NCBI RefSeq assembly: GCF_001194135.2
Contig: NC_069005.1
Location: 35,425,799 to 35,478,484, forward strand
DNA length: 52,686 bases
Source: Octopus bimaculoides
Taxonomy: Eukaryota
Direction: 5' to 3'
Under the pieces are notes generated by a model. It searched no databases. It worked only from the letters and a program-made list of their open reading frames with translations, and was not told where the DNA came from. The translations under genes and the position numbers were made by a program. Position 1 is the first letter of the stretch. Each line of letters opens with the position of its first letter. This document shows, in pieces, positions 1-11,968 of the stretch.

Positions 1-249
1 GCATGCGTCATACAGTCTGCCTTTTACTCTGAGTGAGAGTCCCTTTGTCGCCAGCAGGGGTAAGGGTTATTCAAGTATTTTGATGGCTTTTTCCCCTTTG
101 TTTACGAACAGTCTAGTTAATCGGAAATGTCAGAACTAACGGGGATTAATACCATATACACCGTTACAGCACTTACTGTTTTCAACTGAATAAACGTCAG
201 TGATTAGTTGAAATAAGACAATTTTTAACGTGAAATAACTTCGAATACA

Positions 250-665
250 AAATTTATTATCTGTTCTATACCACAAAATATACAAGTATACGAAGTTTGA
301 AAGTGTTTCGGTACCAAAAACACTACATAAAAAAATGTTGCCCGTCAAATCACAGAGGTCCGTCCTTTACCAAACACTGTCTCTCAATTCGGTATTTTTC
401 TTTAGTTGGCGCAAGAAGGCTAATGGCTGTTGACAGATTGCTCTAAAACTGTGCCTACAGCAGATGATGACGCATCAACAGTAATCTTGCATCCGGAGCG
501 GGATGAACGAGGAAGGATGCTTGAGGAAGGTCAGCTTTGACAGATTGAAAAGCTTAGCCAACTGAAGGAGACAGCGTTACCTGGGCGTCTTTCTTTTGCA
601 GATCTTTCAAGAGCTCGGTCAAAGGGAAGCAACTCCTCCGCACATTCGTCCGGTGTTCACCATTT
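250..665 (-). mobile_element. Ty3/Gypsy LTR-retrotransposon pol remnant (RT connection/RNase H), frameshifted
   Basis: Minus-strand translation across frameshifts gives MVN...AFQSVKADLPQASFLVHPAPDARL, TVDASSSAVGTVLEQ and QPLAFL...SVFGK, matching the Gypsy RNase H pattern (xTDASxxAVGAVLxQ...PLAFFS). Boundaries approximate. Confidence 0.75.
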
Positions 666-1350
666 TAGAAGTATAGTTCTGTTCCGCGTCGAGTCACCGT
701 TATTGATGGATAGTTGTCCATGTCGGGTTCACCATTATAGATGGGTAGGTTGTTGTTGGACCACCAAATGTGACTCACTCAGAAGGCTGTAGTCTCGTTT
801 GGTAGTAAACCGGGATGAAGAACATATAAACAAGGTTGTAACTTTAAACACGTATATACGCAACGGAATGATAAAAGGTTGGTGCGTAGAAGTCATGGTC
901 TTCTGTGCTTTTGCACCTATCTGGTTGCTGACGTGTGGTATGAGAGAGCCAATCAGATTACACCTCCACAATTCGCGTCCCAAAGCAGAAATAGAAAGTG
1001 ATAAGTGTCTGAACCTTAATGTTGCGTAACGCCCTCTACATGTTCAACTTGTTTAACCGGCTGTTAAGGAGGGCAATTGCACCACCGGTAGATTACAAAA
1101 AAAAAGCAAAAAGAAACGCACCATCGGAAGGAAGCACCTTGGAATTTTACTCAGGGAAATTCGATATCTGGCTAGATATCCTATCCCTCCTCTAACTCAG
1201 GGCCGGCTCCAGGTACTGGCAACTCGGGCAACCGCCCAGGGCACCATGTACTGGGAGGGGGGCGTCAAGGAGGACAAGGAAATTTCCACGACCGTCAGCT
1301 TGTACACGCCAAAGTTCAGTTTGCCCGGGGCTCCAGCAATCCTACACACA

Positions 1351-1803
1351 NNNNNNNNNNNNNNNNNNNNNNNNNNNNNNNNNNNNNNNNNNNNNNNNNN
1401 NNNNNNNNNNNNNNNNNNNNNNNNNNNNNNNNNNNNNNNNNNNNNNNNNNNNNNNNNNNNNNNNNNNNNNNNNNNNNNNNNNNNNNNNNNNNNNNNNNNN
1501 NNNNNNNNNNNNNNNNNNNNNNNNNNNNNNNNNNNNNNNNNNNNNNNNNNNNNNNNNNNNNNNNNNNNNNNNNNNNNNNNNNNNNNNNNNNNNNNNNNNN
1601 NNNNNNNNNNNNNNNNNNNNNNNNNNNNNNNNNNNNNNNNNNNNNNNNNNNNNNNNNNNNNNNNNNNNNNNNNNNNNNNNNNNNNNNNNNNNNNNNNNNN
1701 NNNNNNNNNNNNNNNNNNNNNNNNNNNNNNNNNNNNNNNNNNNNNNNNNNNNNNNNNNNNNNNNNNNNNNNNNNNNNNNNNNNNNNNNNNNNNNNNNNNN
1801 NNN
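1351..1803. other. Assembly gap (453 N)
   Basis: Run of N. Confidence 1.
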
Positions 1804-2391
1804 ATATACCAAGGCCTAAACTCCCCATAGGCGTGGGTAGCCACAACAAGACACACACCAGGCATTCCATTCATTTCCCAGCTCAAAAAAGCGAGCAGCC
1901 CCGTCCTATGCTCGGCTCAAGGTATAGAAAGCAGCCGCCAGCAGCGGGCTTGACAGTATGTGCTGGCTTACCCCCGCCGCATCATTGCTGGTTCCGTACC
2001 CCTTTCAGCAACATCAATTCATTCCTCCGTCCACAAACACTCACCAAGCTTTCCTCTTGCCTCTCTCACCCCCCAAAAAATACAACGCACACGCACACAT
2101 TCTCTTCTTCATTCTCCAGAGGATCTCTCAGTGGCACAGTCTGTTGTAAAGAACCACTCTTCTATCTATTGGACTGCTTCCAATTCTGTTGTCAGTTTAA
2201 CACAAGGTAATAACTGGGAATCATAATCTACTTTCGTTTTAAATAATCTCCGGATTCATCCAGCAAGTAGGCTTCACGTTGTTGTCGTTTGTGTGCATAT
2301 ATAAAACACACACGCATACGCAATACTTGCAAGTGAGAAAGATGACAACAAATAGTAAATACTCTAGACATATCTCCTACGCAACACTTAC

Positions 2392-2421
2392 TGTCTCCAT
2401 ACAACCTGTGGCACCGGACAT
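2392..2421 (-). CDS. Candidate first coding exon of a divergent gene (MSGATGCMET, phase-0 donor)
   Basis: Minus strand reads ATGTCCGGTGCCACAGGTTGTATGGAGACA|GTAAGT, a consensus donor. No downstream exon was identified in the window. Confidence 0.3.
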
Positions 2422-2625
2422 CACAAGCTGTAGAGTTGGATTGATGGGAAGATTTTTTTAAAACCCCAGAAAACAAAACAAAACGAGGAAGAGAGTCATA
2501 GCGACAAAAGTTAATATAGGAAAGAGTTCTAAATGATGTATGGCGGACTGCAGAGTCGGAGCAAGTGCAGAATGACATCAGAGAAGAGGTAGTCAATGAA
2601 TGAATGAATGAATGTGTGTTGGAAG

Positions 2626-2626
<1 letters not shown>

Positions 2627-2665
<39 letters not shown>

Positions 2666-2670
2666 GAGAG
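2627..2670. repeat. (GA)n microsatellite
   Basis: Direct inspection. Confidence 0.95.
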
Positions 2671-2959
2671 AGTTGATAGAAGAAAAAGCTGGGCATGGAG
2701 CGCTGGTTGGAAGAACAGACTGTAAAACTTGAAGAGAAAGATTAACATCGGAGAAATTTGTATTTTTTTTTTGTCTTTCTCTTTTTATATATTGTCACCG
2801 GGGAGAGTCATTTCGTCTTTACGCCTTATTAACTAACACACTCACCGCTTCGATTTCCACTCAATTTATTTATTTATTCCAGAATTTTCGTGGCGTGTGT
2901 TTACACCTACATATAAACATACATGTGTATACATACATGTTTGTGTGTGTGTGTGTGTA

Positions 2960-3055
2960 TATAAGTCCTGGTGGGGATCTATTCGTTCGACTAAAGCCCA
3001 TCAAATTGGTGTTCCAGTATGGCCGCAGTCCAATGACTGAAACAAAAGACAAAAG
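2960..3055 (+). mobile_element. SINE 3' fragment
   Basis: ttcgttcgactaaa...ccagtatggccgcagtccaatgactgaaacaaaagacaaaag resembles, from recall, the 3' end of a common octopus SINE; embedded in TG/CA repeats. Confidence 0.5.
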
Positions 3056-4066
3056 GTGTATAACACACATACACACACACACGTGTGTGTGTGTATGTAT
3101 GTATTTATGTATTCGTATGCATGTGTGTGGGAGACAAAATACGTAATTCCTTGAACGAGGCCAAAAGCAAGGGAATATAGTTGTTTAGTATTTTAGGTTC
3201 ATAAGTCAATTAGGGACTGATTCCAATCAAGAAAGACAAGAAAGTGAGTAGAAGAGAGAGAGAGAGAGACATAAAGAAAAGAAAGAGTGAAACAGAAAGC
3301 GAAAAGCATTGTTGGGGGGGGGGATGTATTTAAAAGTGAATGTGAGAAAGAAAGTGTAACAGCTACAAGATAAATGAAAGAAAGAGAATAAAAATGGTAA
3401 GACTGAATAATAGAGAGATGGTAGGAGGTAATAAAAAAAACACATAAAGAGAAACAAAGGGAGGGTTAAAAAAAATGAAAGAGTAAAACTAAGTGAGAGA
3501 GAGAGAGAGAGAGAATTCAAAAAGTAAGATTTAGTGAGAGAGAGGGGGGGATGAAATAAAGTGAGAAAAGGAGAGAGAGATTTAGTGAGAGAGGAAGTGA
3601 AAGTGAGAGTCCTCTTAGTAACAGCGACAACAGACTACCATGACGACTGTTAATGTTTGTCTGATGAGGTGAAGGACTAGGGATCTCTTGGATTGTCTAC
3701 TGACTGTTGCTTACTGCACATATTCGTGTGTTTGCACGAACCGAACCCTCTACACAGGCTAGAACAAATTTAATATTCAAGCATATATACATATACAAGA
3801 TATATACACAGCGAAGAATTTATATACTCACACAATCTTGAAAGATGTTCACTTTGACTATGTTGTGTGGAAAGGATCCACCTATACTTTTTGTATCATC
3901 ATTATGGGATAAAGTGATGTGGACAAGACACTAGATAGATGGATGAATGGATATGTAAATACATACATATATACAGAGAGAAAAAGGAAGGACCTACAAG
4001 ACGAATATTAATGCATACGTTTAGAAAACAAAGAAAAATAGTCCATATTTACAACACGTAAAACAG

Positions 4067-4107
<41 letters not shown>

Positions 4108-5088
4108 TTCTCTTATAACACGCACGTGTATGTATATTTATTTGTGTTTTATATATACACCTATTGTTGCATATATTTATATGTATGTTTAGTAACAAGA
4201 ACGTTTTGTCATATAATTAACATATACCAATCTTGTTAACATGACTGAGTATATATGAATATACATTATCTTATGGTACGTGTGGTGATATGTATTGTAT
4301 ACATTTTCTTGTATGTACCTTTAACATAACTGAATATATGCTTTCATTGCAATATGAAGCCAACTGGTTGTGTAGATTCATTACACAGCATGCATATATA
4401 TAATACACAACAGCATTTTATGCTACATTTATCTATTTGACATCACGAGTATGTTTGCTACGTGAATTTATAACCTTTATTTTACGTGTGCATAGATTGA
4501 AACGTTTGGTGTGAAACTCGTTAATAATAACGAATAGGGGACATTTGGGCTGCTTTCACCGTTTGTTGTTAGTGAGCCTGGAGGAAGAAGGGGAGGAAAG
4601 AGTGATGAAAAGAGAGTAAGTTGGGGGGAAAGTGTGAGAGAAAGACTGATAATTTGAAGTGAGGGGTTGAAGAGGAGGAAAGAGATAGCAAGACCGCGGT
4701 AAAATGTAAATACACACATACACGCACCTAGGTGTTATGTATGTGTAATTGTGTGAGAGATATTATTGTTACGTATTTATATATATCAAATATATATATT
4801 GAATTATGACAAAAGAATCACGAAATCTTTCACAGAAAAGAAACAAGATCGAAGAGGAAAATAAATAGAAAACGTGAGAGGGGGGGGACACATATTCAGG
4901 GAAATACTAATACACACACATAAGGCGAAGGGATAGAGCGATAAGAGAGAGTGGAACTAGGTAGAAATAGACTAAGTGTAAAGAGAATTCTTGACAATAG
5001 GCAGAGAGTAAGAAAAAAAAGAGAGATAAAAAGACAAGAGACGTGTGTATGAGAGAGAAGGTTGGGGTGTTGTTGGAAGAACAACAAT

Positions 5089-5365
5089 ATGATGATGAAC
5101 AACCAGGCTGGTGCCACCACCACGGCGGCAGCAACGGCGGCGACTGGAAATAAGAAGAAATCAGGCAGCTTCTTGAGTCGGCAGGTGAAGAGCAAACACG
5201 ACAACCACCAGCAACAAACACATCATACACAATCAAAGAAGGGGACGGCGACGACTGGTAGTAATGGCGGAGACTGTAGTGAGCCCTTACTGGGTGAGGA
5301 GGAACTGGCCAGGAGGGGCAACATCAGCCCCGAAGAAGTATTACGTCTGGAGAAAGTCACGGAAG
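5089..5365 (+). CDS. unc-119: UNC-119 homolog, exon 1 (277 nt)
   Basis: ATG at 5089. Low-complexity N-terminus, then ISPEEVLRLEKVTE (cf. UNC119 ITPEDVLxLxxIT), followed by G|GTAAG donor at 5366. Confidence 0.9.
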
Positions 5366-5474
5366 GTAAGAAGTTATTCAATTTCTCACCTGATGCACTT
5401 CTGTTGTACTTCATAAACAAGGCATAATCACTAGAGCGTAGAAGAAAATGTCTAAGCTCTTATTATGACTCATA

Positions 5475-5555
5475 ACATTCTGATTTCAAATCCCACCGAG
5501 GTCTTATTTGTCTTTCCCCTTTCGTGGTTGATAAAATACCAGTCATGTACTGAGA
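5475..5555 (+). mobile_element. SINE fragment (Deu/Nin-domain-like)
   Basis: ttcaaatcccaccgaggtcttatttgtctttcccctttcgtggttgataaaataccag resembles the box-B plus conserved central domain of DeuSINE-type elements (recall, not aligned). Confidence 0.45.
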
Positions 5556-5645
5556 GTGAATGGAATTATAATGGAATGTTGTTTAATCCCGGGACTGTTC
5601 TGAATGAGCAAATCTATGGTCAATGACATTCAAGCTGTGACCATC

Positions 5646-5684
<39 letters not shown>

Positions 5685-6281
5685 CAGCATCCTCGTTAAG
5701 ATTATATCAGTGATCTTCCTTTTCCTCTTTTTAAGACTGTAGAATATGATTCAATAGATATTTGGCACCCATTTCGAGTATTTCGAATGGTCGTGTTGTA
5801 GTACTAGACCTGAGTTTTAGTGATTGAAATTGAGTCCAAACCTGGAAGAGCTGATATTGTTATCACACTGCATGCATACGTGTAATATACAGCTGGGTAT
5901 TTTACACGCACTCTCGATCACACACACATATACACCTATAAGTGTTTAATAAGTCAGAAGAAAAAGAAACATGCATTCGTATATTTGGTAAAAGAGTGGG
6001 TATACTATTTATACAATGTTATAAATTTAGTCTCATAACAGCCAGTTCATGTTACCGAATGGTTTCATGCTGAAGAATCTTCCAAGTGTGTAAAGCTAAC
6101 ATTCCTCGAGTATGACTGATTAAATTTATCTTGCTACACTTGGAAGGTTCCAATAGGTTATTTTATATTATATATACATACACACACACCATTGTAAGCA
6201 CATAACAAGGGAAAAAAATAGTACTCAAATTCCAGAGGTAGAGTAATATGCTTTATTAAAAAGCAGCAAAAATATCTCAAA

Positions 6282-6323
6282 AACTGTTACTCAGAGTTTC
6301 GCGTTCCTGTTCATTGGACAGTT
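6282..6323 (-). ncRNA. Degenerate hammerhead ribozyme-like motif (core mutated)
   Basis: Minus strand reads aactgt-CCAATGA-acaggaacgc-GAAA-ctctga-GTA-acagtt, with a perfect stem I and two core mismatches. Confidence 0.5.
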
Positions 6324-6342
6324 TTGTTTAGAATCTGAAGAA

Positions 6343-6383
6343 AATTGTCTGAGGAGAGCAACGTGAAACTCTGAGTAACAGTT
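6343..6383 (+). ncRNA. Type I hammerhead ribozyme-like motif (core intact, stem II degenerate)
   Basis: aattgt-CTGAGGA-gagcaacgt-GAAA-ctctga-GTA-acagtt: stem I arms pair (one G.U), core is CUGANGA...GAAA, stem III ACTCTGAGT is self-complementary, and the cleavage triplet GUA ends at 6377. Confidence 0.6.
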
Positions 6384-6822
6384 TTTGTGATATTTTTGCT
6401 ACTTTTAATAAAGTATATGTGTGTGTGTATATATATCAATAGATAGATGAATGAGTAATAAAACATGGCACAAATGTTTTAGTGCCCAAGCAGTTTGTTT
6501 GCAATCAGTGTATTACATATGCAAAAATTACCAGCCTTTCCCTCAAGCATTTCAGAAACATTAGGGAGTGGTTGATGAATTTAGCTAATGTGATACACGA
6601 ACTGCAAATAAGTTGGCATTCAATTGAAACATTTGTGACATGTATTGAACTCTCATTGTCTATTCATGTTCATTTATTATATTCCTTCACTGCATAACAT
6701 GTAGCTATTAATCATGTGAGGGGATGATAAAATAGGAATATTTATTTGTATTCCCACATTACACCGCTAACCAATTACCCACTGGAGACTACTGAACTAA
6801 TAACCACAAAATCCAAACCAAA

Positions 6823-6864
<42 letters not shown>

Positions 6865-7190
6865 GGGATAAAAATCCAAATTTACAGGTAAAAACTCAAT
6901 TAAATTCAATTTATTAAAAATTAAATTAAGTTTCACAGTATAAAATATATGTATATATATAGTTTTAGGGAAAAGAACCAAAGTTCATGAACTCATCGAT
7001 GAAAATCCACAGTCACATATAGAAAAATTAATAAGTAAAAGCACAATAAACAAGTATAATATAATACAAAGTAAATATCATAAGATAATGATAATAAAAC
7101 AACTACACTTGTTTCGTAACCAGTTTTCAAATAGAAAGAAAATTTAAATTTTCTTTCTATTTGAAATAGATGAATGATATACAATTAAAA
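6865..7190. mobile_element. AT-rich interspersed repeat (possible Penelope terminal repeat) containing a perfect 42-bp palindrome
   Basis: Contains palindromes gttcatgaac, tcatcgatga and 7125-7166. Family assignment is from recall only. Confidence 0.35.
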
Positions 7191-7340
7191 GGCAAAGAAG
7201 CAAGAAAGCATTTCGTTACATATTGGAGAAGGTGTGTGTGTGTGCTTATACATGTATGTATGTATATATATGTGTAGTGTACGTATGTATATACATGTAT
7301 GTATATATATGTGTGTGTGTGTGTATATCTATTTCTCTAT

Positions 7341-7382
<42 letters not shown>

Positions 7383-8134
7383 NNNNNNNNNNNNNNNNNN
7401 NNNNNNNNNNNNNNNNNNNNNNNNNNNNNNNNNNNNNNNNNNNNNNNNNNNNNNNNNNNNNNNNNNNNNNNNNNNNNNNNNNNNNNNNNNNNNNNNNNNN
7501 NNNNNNNNNNNNNNNNNNNNNNNNNNNNNNNNNNNNNNNNNNNNNNNNNNNNNNNNNNNNNNNNNNNNNNNNNNNNNNNNNNNNNNNNNNNNNNNNNNNN
7601 NNNNNNNNNNNNNNNNNNNNNNNNNNNNNNNNNNNNNNNNNNNNNNNNNNNNNNNNNNNNNNNNNNNNNNNNNNNNNNNNNNNNNNNNNNNNNNNNNNNN
7701 NNNNNNNNNNNNNNNNNNNNNNNNNNNNNNNNNNNNNNNNNNNNNNNNNNNNNNNNNNNNNNNNNNNNNNNNNNNNNNNNNNNNNNNNNNNNNNNNNNNN
7801 NNNNNNNNNNNNNNNNNNNNNNNNNNNNNNNNNNNNNNNNNNNNNNNNNNNNNNNNNNNNNNNNNNNNNNNNNNNNNNNNNNNNNNNNNNNNNNNNNNNN
7901 NNNNNNNNNNNNNNNNNNNNNNNNNNNNNNNNNNNNNNNNNNNNNNNNNNNNNNNNNNNNNNNNNNNNNNNNNNNNNNNNNNNNNNNNNNNNNNNNNNNN
8001 NNNNNNNNNNNNNNNNNNNNNNNNNNNNNNNNNNNNNNNNNNNNNNNNNNNNNNNNNNNNNNNNNNNNNNNNNNNNNNNNNNNNNNNNNNNNNNNNNNNN
8101 NNNNNNNNNNNNNNNNNNNNNNNNNNNNNNNNNN
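7383..8134. other. Assembly gap (752 N) flanked by (TA)n
   Basis: Run of N with TA microsatellite on both sides. Confidence 1.
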
Positions 8135-8179
<45 letters not shown>

Positions 8180-8360
8180 ATTATTGCATACATATGTATG
8201 TAATCCCAATAAGGCAAAGAAATCAGTTACCATTCTTTCCATACATAGCTTTCAACACTTGTTTATGTAAAAGTTTGAAGTCAAACTTATGTAATAATTG
8301 CAGTTTTAGACATTAGAGTGGCACTTCATCAAAAGTATGCTCTTACATTGTATGTATATA

Positions 8361-8420
8361 TGCATATAGATGCATGTATGCATATAGATGCATGTATGCA
8401 TATAGATGCATGTATGCATA
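8361..8420. repeat. 18-bp tandem repeat (tgcatatagatgcatgta) x3.3
   Basis: Direct inspection. Confidence 0.9.
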
Positions 8421-8609
8421 CAGACATACATACATACTTATACATACATACACTTGCATACATAAAATACTCCTACATAGGCAAAGAATATGCATGAAAT
8501 GTAAAAGAGCCTTGACCTGGTTAAAACATTCTCAAAGGATATTGGGGGGTAGTGTTTCGTCAATGTTTCTATATGTTTCTGAAAATTGGGAAAGCTGTAA
8601 ACTAGACTA

Positions 8610-9960
8610 TGTACATTTCTATCAAATACTTAATTGTATCCCTATATTGTATGAGGAATGTTGCAGGAATCTAAAGGTGAATGAAAACATATCTTACAAT
8701 GGTTCTTGTAACAAAACATGTGTCACTAAAAAATATTACAGCTGAATAAAGAAAATTTGGACCTCAGAACTCTCTGCATTCAATAAGGCAGTGGCCCACA
8801 ATGTGTTTGCAGTGCCAATACTCATGCCACCATTTGGGCTGCTTGATTGGACACTTGATGAGATCCGAGCCATTGATGTGAAAACCTGGAAAATACTAAC
8901 AAACATACATAATTTCCACATCAACAGTGACATAGGCTGCCTCTGCCTAAAATAAAACAAGATGGTAGAGGCTTAACATTGATCCAAAATGCCTTTGAAT
9001 GTCACATCATATCCCATTGGCAACATCTTATAACCACCAATTGTTGAAGTATATCCTTTGACCAAGTTTGCATACATGAGTCTGATGGCATCATAAGACT
9101 TGGAAGGTAGCATTCCTTGTCTAATAACCTTAAATACATGCCCAAAGAAGTCAGATGACTCTACCTCAATATATCATCAGATGAAAGGATTAGTGTATAC
9201 GAGCAGAAGATTATGCATGGATATGTCAGTAGAAAGCTCTGAGATGATAGTAACATTGATCATCAAAACAGTGTATCATGGACCAACAGCTGGATTACTT
9301 CCACTTTGAAGGGTATGAATTTGCAATCCAGGAACGAAAAACACCAATCACATACCTGATGCACAAAAGGAATAGAGATGCAGGAAAACGTGACAACCAA
9401 TGCAGACTTTGTGGAATTAATAGCAAAAATATCACCCACATCATAAGCAGTTGTCCAAAAATATCATCATGGCATTATCTATCGAGGAGACATGATGTTG
9501 TAGCTAGGGCACTATAATAAGGATAACCCCCCAAGGATAAAGAAATAAAAAAACCCACAGTATGATGGAAGCCATGGCTATTCATAATAAAAAGGACTAC
9601 TGGTGGAATGTCCTAGTGAAAGCCTCAACAAAATGTAAACACAATAAACCTGCTATAATAATTTGGGATAGAGAAGAGAAACTGTGTACAGTTGTGGAAA
9701 TCGGCAAGCTGAAGATCAGTGAGAAATAGAATACCTATGCTGAAACGTTGAGAATCTGCAGTTACTCTATTCAGACTAAAAGTTCAGGTTTATACCTGTA
9801 ATTATTGGGGCACTGGGATAAAATACTGCCTAAATACCAATCTTGAGAACTTAGGCTTCGCAAAACAAGAAAGGAAAAAGCTGATTTGAAGACTACAGAT
9901 CCAAGCCATCACTGGAACTGTAAAAATCTGTAAAACTTTCCAAAAGTCTATAATTTAAGT
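8610..9960 (+). mobile_element. R4/Dong-like non-LTR retrotransposon, 3' part (copy 1), decayed
   Basis: IKKIWTSELSAFNKAVAHNVFAVP...DGRGL, CCHC knuckle CRLC...ITHIISSC...RHDVVA, and restriction-like endonuclease NKPAIIIWDREEKLCTVVEI...IPVIIGALG. Confidence 0.8.
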
Positions 9961-10129
9961 ATATATACAAGCATGTCTAGAAATGCAAATATATGCATAA
10001 GACATATATAAAACAAAATATACAAATTTGCATGTATACATACATACTCGAAGTGACAAGTTGCGTATTTGGCATGGGAGACTATTTATCAAAAATACGA
10101 TGAATACTATCTCCAACTTTGGAGCCACA

Positions 10130-11560
10130 ACTATCAGCTTTGTTAAATAACTGGTTAATCTTCATATGAATTAACTGAGGGAGCTTTTTATTCATGATTG
10201 TAGTGATTTTCAACTGAAACTTGAATTTAGCATGCAGAGAGTTACTACAAATAGCATGGCTGGACACAACATCAGCAACAACATAATCGAGGAACAGAAC
10301 AAAAACAACAGCTCAACAGGTAAACAAATTCTTTCTAGCTTTAGTTATAAAAGAAACCGTAACCACAAAACTCATTAACTGCTACGGAAAAGCGAAACAA
10401 AACCCCTCTCTTGGCTATAGGAATCGATTGGAATCATATTGGGACGATTTGCATCCAGAATTAAATCCTTTTACTGCGAAGCAACGACGCCAACAGATTC
10501 CATAGTGCCTGCCAGCCAAACTACATTACAGGCTCAAGTAACTGACCACTTTCTCTATGATGTTTATACTTTCTGTAAACCTCTTATCATTCATGTTAAG
10601 GATGTCTGAAGGATATCTCACTGGTTCACAAGGAAACAGAAATACCAAAATTAAACACTGTTTCTCTGTGGATGACTTAAAACTTCATGCAAAGAATTTG
10701 CATGAGATGAAAAAGAGCCTTGACATAGTTACAACATTCTCAAAGATTGTAGGGTTGGAGATTGGTCAGGATAAATGTTATATGGTTGTGAAAAGGGGAG
10801 AAAACTATAAACCAGAGCAATAACATCTCCATCAATGATTTGACTGTTTCCCCTGTATCTGACGAGGAATGTTACAGGTATCTAGGGGTGGATGAAAATA
10901 TATCTTACAATGGCATCTGTAACAAAACACACGACACTAAAGAATATGACAGCTGAATAAAGAAAATTTGAACCTCAGAATGCTCTGCATTCAGTAAAGC
11001 AGTGGCCCACAATGTGTTTGCAGTACCAGTACTCCTACCAACATTTGAGCTGCTCAGTTGGACTGGACGTTCGATGAGATCCGAACCATTAATGTGTAAA
11101 CCCCAAAAATACTAACAAGCACACATAATTTCCACATAAAAAGTGACAAACTGCCTCTACCTAAAGCGAAAACAAGGTGGCAGAAGCTTAACATTGATCC
11201 AAAATTCCTTTAAATCTCACATCATATCCCTTCTGTAACATTTTTTAACCACCAAATGTCAAAGTGCATCCCTTGACCAAGTTTGCATACGTAAGGCTAA
11301 TAACATCATAAGATTTGGAAAGCAGCTCCTTGAGCAACACTCTTTGTCTGATAACCTAGAATACATGCCCCAAAAAGTTGCACAACTCTGCCACAGCATA
11401 TCATTAGATGAAAGGATGAGCAGAAGACTATGCATGGATATGTTGGTAGAAAGCTCTGTGATGATTGTAGCATTGATCATCAAAGCAGTCTGTCATGGAG
11501 CAGTAGCCGGATTATTACCTCCCACTTTGAAGGATATGTTACCCGATGTTATCCAAGGGG
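10130..11560 (+). mobile_element. R4/Dong-like non-LTR retrotransposon (copy 2), internally deleted
   Basis: RT motif FSVDDLKLHA...GLEIGQDKC; 10880-11560 is homologous to 8650-9310 of copy 1. Confidence 0.8.
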
Positions 11561-11584
11561 AAAGCAAAGGCTGATACAAGTTGG

Positions 11585-11739
11585 CACCAGTGATGTCACA
11601 ACTCATTTCTACAGTTGAGTGAATTGGAGTAACGTGAAATAAAGTGTCTTGCTCAAGAACACAACACACAGCTTGGGTTGGGAATCAAATTACCTGATGA
11701 TTGTGAGCCTGACGCTCTAACCACTGAGCCATACACCTT
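11585..11739 (-). mobile_element. tRNA-derived SINE
   Basis: Minus strand starts with box-A-like tggctcagtggttagagc, followed by tgtgttcttgagcaagacactttatttcac core. Confidence 0.75.
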
Positions 11740-11778
11740 AAAGTATATATGTAATGTATGTATGTATATATGTGTCTA

Positions 11779-11811
<33 letters not shown>

Positions 11812-11845
11812 GTGTGTGTGTGTATGTATACATATATATATATAT

Positions 11846-11968
11846 CATCATCATCATCATCATCGTTTAACGTCCGCTTTCCATGCTGGCATTGTTTGGA
11901 CGGTTTGACTGAGGACTAGCAAGCCAGAAGGCTGCACCAGGCTCGAATCTGATCAAGGTTTCTGCAGC
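11846..11968 (-). mobile_element. RTE LINE 3' end with (ATG)n tail
   Basis: (cat)n-cgtttaacgtccgctttccatgct; the same terminus is joined to RTE ORF2 sequence at 27513 and 48707. Confidence 0.8.

Larger units (their letters stand above)
6246..6418. repeat. ~170-bp imperfect palindrome (Penelope/retrozyme-like remnant)
   Basis: atatgctttattaaaaagcagcaaaaatatctcaaaaactgttactcagagtttcgcgtt is the near-perfect reverse complement of aacgtgaaactctgagtaacagtttttgtgatatttttgctacttttaataaagtatat; pairing continues inward. Confidence 0.9.

Noticed and set aside
1198-1350. cagggccggctccagg, a hAT/MITE-like terminus
   Set aside because: The partner terminal repeat is not visible because the sequence runs into the gap; not supportable.
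1197-1886. Long ORFs spanning the first N gap (and 7223-8316 spanning the second)
   Set aside because: Artefacts of translating N runs and TA/TG microsatellites.
2228-2596. 122-aa minus-strand ORF
   Set aside because: No recognisable domain; it runs through a consensus donor and CA-repeat sequence in a different frame from the candidate exon.
3640-3760. CTGATGA that could start a hammerhead core
   Set aside because: No correctly spaced GAAA, stem II or stem I.
5062-5427. ORF-track start at TTG 5062 and read-through to 5427
   Set aside because: Prokaryotic-style start; the first ATG is at 5089 and the frame leaves by the donor at 5366.
7095-7125. Minus-strand GAAAC-aagt-GTA resembling a hammerhead 3' half
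   Set aside because: No CUGANGA core or matching stem I upstream.
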